DNA from: the human T2T-CHM13v2.0 reference genome, Homo sapiens
Assembly (NCBI RefSeq): GCF_009914755.1
Contig: NC_060932.1
Reading direction: 5' to 3' (one strand)
DNA length: 64,000 bases
Position 1 is the first letter of the stretch; every line of letters starts with the position of its first letter. The position numbers were made by a program, and so were the translations under genes. The notes beneath the pieces are model-generated. The model saw only the letters and a program-made list of their open reading frames with translations. It was not told the DNA's origin and searched no databases. This document shows, piece by piece, positions 52,901-64,000 of the stretch.

Positions 52901-54490
52901 AATGAGGTCACAGTGGAGGTGGAGAACAAATTATAACAGGCCTTGGGTGATAAGCTATAGGCTTAATATTTTATTATGCAACCTCTGGTGCAACACTGAA
53001 ACCCTAAGGATATTTTAATGGGATTATTCAAGGCTGCAATGTGTAGGAGCAGAATGAAGGAGGGGAGACAGAAGAGTCAGCAAGCTAGTGCTATATTCCA
53101 GACACGAAGAGATGAAGGCCAGGGCAAGGACAGCAGGGAGAGGAAGGAAGGATTCCCTTGGTGATGGGACGCATGGAGGTCAGGGTGAGTGTTTAAGATT
53201 TAGAGGCTCAGAGAGTCAGGGCTTCACATGCTGATATGGAAGGAGAAGAAAAATCAAACAAATTCATATTCATCTAGAAGTTGCTTTTTAAAAATCAACC
53301 TGTGATGTTAAGCAGTGTATTTTTTTCTCACAAATGTAAAGTTTTAAATGTGATAAAACAAATTAAAGGTCTTTATATCTAAAGTTGTGCTGGTCATCAA
53401 ATATTATAAATGTTCCAGGATTCTAGGCACATGGTAGGCTTGTCTTGCCTGGGGCCCATGTAATGAATTGAGGCCATATGACCTCTAAGATTAGAGATTG
53501 TTTATTACTGCTTATAACTTTACTTAATCTGAATGACACGCTAGCAGTTTGAATCACAAAAATCAGAACAGCATTTCTTAGCGTTAATGAGCCAATATCC
53601 AAACTTTAGGGAAATAAAAACATATTGAATGCTTTATGAGAGCCTTAATATGTGAGAAAGGGGAGTATGTGCGTGTGCGTGTGTGTGTGTGTGTGTATTC
53701 ATTTATTCCTCCACTCAACAAAAGTTTATTGACAAAAATGGATCCGACATTATTCTAAACAATGAGGATATAAACTTTTTGGCCTCTGCTGACATAAAAC
53801 CAGCAATCTTATGAAAGAAAATCAACATTATAAAGTATTTATAATAGAATTATACACAGAGTGCTATAGGTGTGCAGAGGAGGATACTGATTCCAGCTGG
53901 GCATGATCAGCTGGAAACTTCCTGGAGAAGCAGGTGTCTAAGCTGAGTCTGAATCATAAATATAAATTAATTAGTTATTTGAGAGGATAAGCTGTTTTAG
54001 AAAATGAGGATACCATGTGCAAAGAAACAAGACAAAATGGTTTGAGCATGTTTGGAGAGCTATAAATAATTTCCTATGACTGGGACACAGAATGGAAACC
54101 AAAAAGTGAGTCTAGAAATTAGAGGCCAGGTGACCTGGAGTATAGTATCAAATAATGGAGTTTGGACTTGATCTTGAGGGTGAGGAAAGTCACAGACTTG
54201 AAGTAGAGTGATGACTTGATTAGATTTTTGAGAAAAGTGTCTCTAATAGTAATGGAGATAATGAATTATAGAGAGTGTTAACTAGAAACAGGAAAGTGAA
54301 TTAGGAGGCCACTGAGTCATGCAAAGGATGATGAAGTTCAGAATTAAGATAGTCACAGAGTAAATGATGGAGAAAAAGAAATACATAAGACAGATATAAG
54401 CTAGGTACTGTGCAATAGATAAAACTTCATAACTCAGGAATGTGCCTTGGGGACCTGAATAGACAGTGATAGTTTTCACTGAGGTATGCT

Positions 54491-54495
<5 letters not shown>

Positions 54496-54541
<46 letters not shown>
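54496..54541. repeat. (TG)23 microsatellite
   Basis: Directly visible. Confidence 0.97.
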
Positions 54542-54543
<2 letters not shown>

Positions 54544-54671
54544 ATAACGGGGAGCAGAGCAGAAAAAGAAGGAGGGGAACATAATAAATTTGATCTGTAA
54601 GTCATTAGCACATTTGATTTGGGAAACATCTTGTCAACCATAACTCCTGATCTTAGAAAATCCATATAAGC

Positions 54672-54942
<271 letters not shown>

Positions 54943-55442
54943 TTAGGGTTATCTATCACAAAAATCCTAAGTGAGTAATCTATGCAGTTTACCAGTGAAA
55001 AATATGCAGAGGAACAAGACTAGTGGAACACCAATACACAAGGAGCAGATGGAGGGAAAGTAGCCCAAGAGAGAAATCAAGCAGGACCCTCCAGAGATTG
55101 AGATACAATGTGACTTGATGAAAATCAGTAAAAGACACAGAGAGAGCGCTCTACCCATCAAATGCTATAGAGGCCATTCATGAATGTGATGTGACCATTC
55201 AGTAGAGAGAGTGAGACAGTGAGATGAAAACACAACCCGTGAGCCCAAAATGAATAGAAAGTATGCATTTCACAAATAGTTATTAAACACCTACTATAGA
55301 CTCGCACAGAGGAAAAAGACAAGGACGTAAATTCCATGTACCTTAACAATAATAAAAACAATTCAACTTATTCATTGACATTCCAGATTCCATCTCTCTT
55401 CTTTATTTTATCCAAGATGATCTCAATCACCTCTGGTGCCTA

Positions 55443-55731
55443 CAGATCCTTTGTCCACTACTCCAGAATCCAGAAAACTCTGGAAACTTAATTTTTGAAA
55501 AAATTCAACATGACCTGAACTAACGGAAAACTATTTGTAATATTTCTCAGTGTAAACATTCATACATTTTACTATAGTAATATTGATATAGATGATTAAA
55601 GGGTGCTACACTGTATCCCACTTTTGATATCATAAATGATACATATTTTCTATTTGCTTTTTAGAATTAAAAAAATTGAATTCCAGAACACACATGGCTT
55701 CAAAGCCTCTAGATGAGAGATTATGGATATG
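55443..55731. mobile_element. DNA transposon remnant (MER96B-like)
   Basis: AAAAAATTGAATTCCAGAACACACATGGC...GATGAGAGATTATGGATATG resembles the remembered MER96B terminus; TA flanks. Confidence 0.5.
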
Positions 55732-58509
55732 TAGAATTATAACACTCTTAACACCTCAGAAAATATATGATTTTCTTCCTGTATTATGCACTGCTGATGG
55801 GAGCCATATATAATATTTATTTTGAATGTGAAACTTTCTGGTGGAAACCAAGTTATTGCACCAAACAACAGTCTATTTATCCCTCTCTATGGCAACTATC
55901 ACCACTGCTCCAGTGCACTCGCTCACAAAGCAGTCGGTGGTGACTGGAGGGTGCTACTCAGCTTGCAGAGAGATGTCCTGTCCTGGAGTTGACCTCGCTC
56001 CCCTGAGAATTCTTTTTGCTTCCTTCGCTCTATGGCCCAGGGTCTGCTGGCTCCCTTTTCTGCCCTGCACCTGGGCCTGCTTCCGTTTTCTTTTCCATGA
56101 AATCTTAGGCCAGGGGAATCTTCCCATTCTCATTTGGCAAGCTTGGGATCATTACCATTTCAGAGCTGGAAGAAAACTTGGAGAGAGCATTGAGTTCAAT
56201 CCCTGCCTTTTAGAAATGAGGATACAGAGGCACAGAGAAGTGAAGGGATTTGGCCACATCATCTAGGAAATTTATGACAAAGCTAGGATGTCCATCCAGG
56301 TGGTGATTTCACTTTACCAATCAAGAGATTCAAACATCAGAGAAATAGGTGCAGTAGGTGTGTAATGGACATTTTTGTTTCACTTTATTTGCTGGTTGGG
56401 CTGTTTTACTATCCAGTATTTGTTGTCTTTTCCTCTGGGTGTGATACCTCAAGTTTCCTTTCCAATATCTCCTCCCCTGTTTCTTTCCCAGTGCTTCAAG
56501 TAGAAATCACTCAAACCCTTAGTTCCACCAGGTAGCACATAACTCGGCCCTGAGCAATCAGAAAACCACAGCTTTCAACCACAGTGATTGGCTCATAAAT
56601 GAACTCTTGACCCAATCAGACACCTAAGGAGTTTTGGTATAATTACTGAGAAAGGAGCATGTGCATGTCATTTTAATCCTCCATCAGGCCTCAGGAAACT
56701 AGGAGTACATGGCCTCAAGTTACTTAAAAACACTTTCCTATCACATGAAGACAAGAGAGGAAACCAAAGATCAGAGGTGGAAAGACACAGAAATCTGTCT
56801 TTGACACTGTTTATTTGACATGTTCTGATGACATTGTTTGAGTCTCTAAATTCTCCCATACCTGAAACTCACTCTACCTCTGACTTTTTCAGCCACTTAA
56901 ACCAATTAGTTTCTTATTTTAAGCCCAGTCTAGTGAATTCTCTGTTACATACGAACAGCAGGGCCTTACCCAATAAAATGACCTTTTACAATGTCTCTTC
57001 AAACACTGTCAGTATGTAATTTGATGACCTTTTTTTTTTCTGTAAAGGTCTGGTACTTCTGAAACTCAACAGCTTACTGAATTAAAGAAATAAGCAGAGT
57101 GAAACTCTTACCTCTCAATGATATGCTGTAGTTTTCTACGCTACGTAAAAGACACCCATTGTTCATGTTAACAAAGTCTGATTTTCTCACTCTATCATAG
57201 ATGTGTAAATCCATTTGGCTAATTTGAAACTTAAACCAGCATCATAAATTTTTATGTTGCAAACTGAAATCTGGAATTGGTCTTTTCTGTTTTTGTGTTT
57301 ATAATATTTCCTGTTCTTATGAACAAAGAGAGTTAAAAAGATCTTTTAAAAAAATTTTTTTTAGGTAAATAAGTCACAAAAGGTTTTTAAACTTCAAACC
57401 ACTATAAAACAATGACATGGTAATGAGTTGAATGCAAATGAATCAGAATCATCCAGATTGTTTGCTTTCAAATCTGCGTGAATATACAAACCAAAGGGAA
57501 AGTTTTTTATCGCAAAATACCCCAAGGGAGAATGGATAATATTTAACATGTTTATCTACACTAAATAGGGCCACTTTTGTTGAATAATTACCCTATTTGC
57601 ATATGAAAAGTGTCTTCCCATGGCCTCCAAAACAGAGAATTTGCCTGAGTAAAATCAATGGAAGAAGGTCTAAGTTAGACAAGGCAACTCATATACCACT
57701 CTTCAGATGGGGCAAACCAACAGTGACAAGACAGTTTCAGGTTTAGGAGGAAAAGGGCAAGGGTTGTGTAAAGATAGCAACAGTGATTGATTATGTCTAT
57801 CTTCTCATGAAGGGAAACTTCACTCTTTTATTCAGTTTCCAAATTACCTGCCTAGGCATTTCTATTCTCATTTCAGTTTTTGGCTTGTTGCTTCTCCAAT
57901 TTTGCTCCATGCCACTCTCCCCTTCCCTACCTCCATTTGGCTATGTCATACCTCTTTCTGTATCTTGAACTTGTCAAGTTCTTTCATATCTCAGGGCTTT
58001 TGCACAAGCCATTCTCTCTACCTAGAAAGCTCTTTCTGTGGCTCTTTGCAAATTGGTCCATGTGATATTCTCAGACCTCTGCTCGTCCAATCTCATGTAG
58101 TCCACACCCCATTATTTTCTCTCATAACACCTTGGTAGCTTCTTCTACCACTCTTATAATGACCATTCATAGCTTATTTATTGCCTATCACTTCCTTTTA
58201 GAGTGTAAGTCCCTAAAGTGCAAAGATAACTTTTTTGGTGTTTACTGTTTCCAGAGCCTTGAACAGTGCCTAGTACATAGTGTACAAACAATAAATATTT
58301 GTGAAAATGTATAAGGGGCTTAAGGAAGGCAATTGTACAACTATGCTCCTGTTCCATCTTTTTCCACAAAGATTTCCCTTTACCTAAAGGATCACCTATA
58401 AAGAGGGAAGGCTAATTTGACCAAAGAGTAGAAATCTTAGCTAGGTTTGCGGAAAGAAGGCTTTATTTGTTTAGCTGTCATTAAGTTTCACTACAAAAAG
58501 CAGCATATG

Positions 58510-60760
58510 GGTGAGAAATGAGAAGTTTTCCCACACAATAGGAACAGGGCAAGAATGTCCCTTCTCACTGCTCCTTTTTAATATCATACTGGAAGTGCTA
58601 GATAATGAAAACAAGAGAAGAAAAGAGAAGAGGGGGAGGGGAGGGGAGAAGAGAGAAGAGAAGAAAAAAAAAGAAGAGGTATACAGATTGGAAAGAAAGA
58701 AATAAGGCTTTGTTCACAGATGACATGATCATCTATGTAAGAAATCCGAAAGAATCAACAAAAACTTCTGGGACTAAGAAGTGATTACAGCAAAGTTGCA
58801 GGATACAAAGGTCAATATACAAAAGTCATATGTTCCTATATGCCAACAATGAAAAAATGGATTTTAAATCTAAAAACACAATACCATTTGAAGTGGCCCC
58901 CCAAAATTAAATATTTCTGTATAAATCACACAATATATGTACAAGATCTAAAAGAGGAAAACTATCAAACTCAGATGAAAGAAATCAATGAAGAACAAAA
59001 TAAATTGGAGAGATATTTCATGTTCATAGATAACACTCAATATTGTCAAGATATTGGTTCTTTCCAATCTTATCAATGGATTCCCAATCAAAACCCCAGC
59101 AGTGGAAACCCAAGCAAAACCTCAGCAATTTAGTTTTATGGACATTGATTTAATTTAACATTGATATGGAGAGACAGAAGACCCAGAATCACCAACGCAA
59201 CATTGAAGAACAAAGTTGGAAGACTAATACTACATGACCTTAAGGCTGATTATGAAACCATAGCAATTAAGACAGTATAGTGTTGGTGAAAGAGTAGACA
59301 AATGAATCAATGAAACAGAACTGAGAGTTTAGAAACAGACTCACATAAATATGGTCAACTAATCTTTGACAAAGAAGCAAAGGCAATACAATGGATAAAA
59401 GATAATATTTTCAACAAACGGTAGTGGGACAACTGGACATCCACATGCAAAAAATTGAATCTAGACACAGACATCACACCCTTCAAAAATTTAAAACGGA
59501 TTGCAGACCTAAATGTAAAATGTAAGACTACAAAACATCTAGATTATAACATAGGAGAAAATCTAGATGACTTTGGGTTTGGCAATTACTTTTTAGATAC
59601 AACACCAAAGGCATATTTATGGAAGAAATAATTGATAACCTGGGCTTCATTAAAATTAAACATTTCTGCTCTGTGAAGATAATGTGAAGAGAATGAGAGG
59701 ATAAATCACATACTGAGAGAAATGTTTGTAAGAAACACATCTCATAAAGAGCTGTTTTTCAAATATACAATAAACTCCTAAAACTCAATAAGAAAGCAAA
59801 CAATCCTACTAAAAAATGAGTCAAAAACCTAAACAGACACCTCACCAAAGAAGATATACACATGCAGATAAGCATATGAAAGCATTCTTCACATCATATG
59901 TCATCAGGGAAATGCAAATTAAAACAACACGATACCACTGCACACCTATTAGAATGATGAAAATCCAAAACCACAAGAACACTCATTTATTGCTTGTGGG
60001 AATGCAAAATGGACATCCACTTTGGAAGACAGTTTGGCAGATTCTTACAGAGCTAAACATATTCTTATTATATAGTCTAGCAATTGTGCTTCTTGATACT
60101 TACCCAAAAGAGTTGAAAATTTATGTCTACACAAAAACATGCAAACAAATATTTATAGCAGCTCTATTCATAATAGCCAAAGTGCGGAAGCAACCAAGAT
60201 ATCCTACAGTAGGTGAGTGGATAGCTAAACTCTGGTACACCCAAACAATGAAATATTATTCAGTGCTAAAATGAAATGAGCTACCAAGCCACAAAAACAC
60301 AAGGAGTAATTTCAAATTCGTATTACTAAGTAAACAAAATGCCAATCTGAAAATCCTGCATACTATATAATTCAAACTATATGACATTCTGGAAACAGCA
60401 AAACTATGGGGAAAGTAAGAAAAAAAAAAATTACTGGTTGCCAGATGTCGTAGGGGATGAGGAGGGATAAATCAATGGACCACAGAGGATATTTTAGGGC
60501 AGTGAAAATACCCTGTATGATACTATAATGATGAGTCCATTTCATTAAATATTCACCAAAACCTATAGAATGTAAAACACCAAGCATGAACCATAGTGTC
60601 AACGATGGGTGATTATGATATATTAAAGTGGGCTCATCAATTATAACAAATGTGCCATTCTGGTGGGGAATGTGAGGATAGAGGGCAGATAAGAAAGCTC
60701 TGTACCTTCTGCTCAATTTTGCTGGAATCTAAAACTTCTCTGAAACCAAAGTATTTCAGA
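58510..60760 (+). mobile_element. Old L1 (L1MC-like) ORF2 3' half plus 3'UTR
   Basis: GTGQECPFSLLLFNIILEVL, TTCACAGATGACATGATC and [20 protein letters not shown]2-like segments. Confidence 0.88.
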
Positions 60761-60809
60761 AAGAAAGAAAAAAGTATCCTGTACTATGTTTTATGACCCA
60801 TAGCCTGAA

Positions 60810-61195
60810 TGAATACAGACTTTTTGTGTTGCTATGATAGAATAACTGAGACTGAATAATTTATAATGAATGGAAATTTATTTCCTCACAGCTTTGGAAG
60901 CTGGGAACTTCCAGATTCAAGGCTCCAGAAAGTCCAAGATTCAAGGCACCAGCAGGTTTGGTTGTCTGGTGAGGGCTGCATCCTCCAGAGAGGAGGAACT
61001 TCATGTTTTCTCATGGCATACGGACAGGAGAGCAAGCTAGTGGAATGTTGCGTGGCACCTCTTTCATAAGATTCTTACTTCCAGTAAGGAGAGAGAGGAG
61101 CCTTCACAGACTAATCACCTCTTAAACGCCCCATTCTTTATTACTATCACATTGACAATACTGGAATTTTGGAGGGAATACATTCAAACCACAGA
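60810..61195 (-). mobile_element. MST-family MaLR LTR (MSTC/D-like)
   Basis: CTGAGACTGAATAATTTATAATGAA...TCTGGTGAGGGCTGC...ATACATTCAAACCACAG. Confidence 0.75.
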
Positions 61196-61842
61196 AAATA
61201 CATCATACTGAATTGTTCCACCAATGTACATTGTTTAACTATCTTTACAAATTAAGAAAAATTAAATATTCAGAATTCTAGGATACTAGAGTGAATTCTA
61301 CAAGTTTTCTTTCTCGACTTTTACTTAGAGATAAACCAGGAATATAGGTGACCTTCAGATTTAAGGACAAATGCCAGTTAGCCAGAGGAGAAGTAACTCA
61401 AGTAATAATGAAAAGCAAGAAAGATATCAGGCTGGATATTGTCCATAGTGAGGACAACTTTAAATTGGGAGAAGAGAGGGAAGGAGAGTGCCAAATTCAA
61501 GCTAGCATACAAAATGAAAGCACTCCTTGGAGAATATGGAAATTCAGCTCAGCAGAATCAACTCAGACACAGAGGTTTTATGGGTAAAATCTCAGCATAA
61601 ATAAGCACAGAGACAAGAAAGGAAGGATGCCATACTTCAGGAAAGGGATTGACTTAAACAAAGAGCCCACCTTGGTAGAGAACTGGTTTCAAAGCACCCT
61701 GAAACCAAACTAAAAAAGTCAAGGTCCTTGGGGGTGTCATTAGAGGCAATCATATATACAGCAGAAGGGTAAAAGTGAGAAAAAGGAAAAAAATTGAAAA
61801 GAAATTAAAGAAAAAGTGAGTGAAAAAAGAAAGGGGTAATTA

Positions 61843-62297
<455 letters not shown>

Positions 62298-62728
62298 CTA
62301 CCATGTCCATAGGCCACACTGCTTATATGTGTAGCCTCAAGGTACATGCTTTGAGGTTAAAGCCTGTAGGGGCTTTTGTGACTGTCCTTACTTTAATAAC
62401 TAAATGCATCCTTCAAGCAATTAGAACTATCAAGCACATATTCTAGTAAATAAGGCTATCATTGGTGACATCCACCTGGTATCTGGGAATTAAGTGGACG
62501 TATCAGGACTAGGAAGTTGGGAGAAAGATTAGGAACACATAATGTTGGAGAATGGAGAACTGACCATGGGAGGTAGACCTGGGAACTGTGCTATGGAGAT
62601 CACCATGTGGGTATTGAGGGGCTTTCTTGGAAGGAAAAGAGACAATCACTGAGGGCTTCACAGGATGAATTATTCACATTCTAACCAACTTTCTCTGTTA
62701 GTTCTAAGAAGAAATTGATGAAAAAAAG

Positions 62729-63013
62729 TTTTTGAGACAGACAGTCCCTTCCTCTGTCATCCAGGCTGTAGTGCAGTGGCAGAAACACAGCTCACTGTAG
62801 CTTCAACCTCCTGGGCTCAAGTGATCCTCCCACCTCAGCCTTCCAACTAACTGGGAAAACAGTCACATACCACTATGCCCTGCTAATTTTTTTTTTTAAT
62901 TTTTGGTAGAGATGGAGATCTCTGTATGTTGCACAGTCTATTCTCAAACTTCTGGGTTCAAATGATCCTCCAGCCTAAGCCCCCAAAATTTCTGAGATTA
63001 TAGGCATGAGGCA
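62729..63013 (-). mobile_element. AluJ-like element, antisense
   Basis: CTCCTGGGCTCAAGTGATCCTCCCACCTCAGCC J-type motif. Confidence 0.88.
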
Positions 63014-63203
63014 TAAATGTTTATAAGCAAAGGAAGAAGCAGTAAGTAACTTGTCCAAGATCACACATTAAGTGGCAAATATGTCTGATTCTTAGTATTT
63101 TCAAAATCCATTCTTTTCTGTTCACCCCCAGTGTCATTATCTTGTTAGACTCACTATTAGCTCTTGCCAGTATTTCTACAACTGCCTACAAAACAATATC
63201 CCT

Positions 63204-64000
63204 ATATTAGTTCATTTTTGCACTGCTATAAAGAAATATGTGAGACTGGGTAATTTATAAGAAAAAGAGGTGAAATTTTCTCATGCTTCTGCAGGCTATG
63301 CAGGAAACATAGCAGCTCCTGTTGTTGGGAAGCCTCAGGAAACTTACAATCATGGCAGAAGGAGAAAAGGAAGCAGGTACATCTCACATGACCTTAGCAG
63401 GAGGAAGAGAGTGAGGGGAGAGGTGCCGCACACTTTTAAACAACCAGATCTTGTAAAAATTCTCTCATGAGAACAGCACCGAAGGGATGATACTAAACCA
63501 TTAGAAACCACCTTCATGATCCAATCACTTCCCACCAGGCCCCACCTCCAAACCATATAATTCCCCCAGCCCCTCCCAAATCTCATGTCATTCTCACATC
63601 GCAAAAATATAATCATGCCTTCCTGACAGTCCCTCAAAGTCTTAACTCATTCCAGCATTTACTCAAAAGTCCAAAGAAGTCTCATCTGAGAAAAGGCTAA
63701 TCCCTTCCACCTATGAGTCTGTAAAATCAAAAACAAGTTAGTTACTTCCAAGACACAATGGAGGTATAGGCATTGGGTAAATACTCCTATTCTAAAAGGG
63801 AGAAATCATCCAAAAGAAAGGGGCTACAGGCCCCATGCAAGTTCAAAACTCAGCAGGACAGTCATTAAATTTTAAAGGTCCAAAATGATCTCCTTTGACT
63901 CCATGTCTCTAATCCAAGACATACTGGGGCAAAGGGTGGGCTCCCATGACCTTGGGCAGGGTGTCTTTGCAGGGATCAGCCCCCACAGCTGCTCTCAAGG
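63204..64000 (-). mobile_element. MSTA-like MaLR 3' LTR (~63204-63560) plus internal region running off the window
   Basis: MST LTR body; adjacent CCCCTCCCAAATCTC is a minus-strand polypurine tract; MaLR-internal motifs (AAAACAAGTTAGTTACTTCC). Confidence 0.85.

Overview
This is primate genomic DNA, almost certainly human. It contains the 3' part of MAL2 (MAL family, MARVEL-domain proteolipid) on the + strand: coding exon 2 (8062-8232), exon 3 (26615-26770) and exon 4 (CDS 29867-29938, then a ~2.2-kb 3'UTR with a distal AATAAA at 32103). Exon 1 lies upstream of the window. The rest is intron and 3' intergenic DNA dominated by transposable elements: L1s of several ages, Alus, two ERVL/LTR16-type proviral remnants, MaLR LTRs, DNA-transposon MITEs, MIR and L2. 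I found no new protein-coding gene and nothing that amounts to a new biological system. Nearly all other ORFs in the track are L1, Alu, ERV or chance frames. The best leads are: (i) a 7-kb composite L1 in intron 2, where one target-site duplication (TSD) pair encloses a twin-primed fragment fused to a full-length, apparently chimeric L1 with an intact ORF0; (ii) variants shared between separate intronic L1 copies, suggesting local gene conversion; (iii) a MER58A-supplied proximal polyA signal upstream of miR-96/183 seed sites; (iv) a duplicated perfect antisense splice donor in the 3'UTR; (v) MER85 and MADE1 MITEs just downstream of the gene; (vi) a ~115-bp local duplication into an ERVL pol remnant. 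Repeat names and subfamily diagnostics come from remembered consensus sequences, and boundaries of old repeats are approximate.
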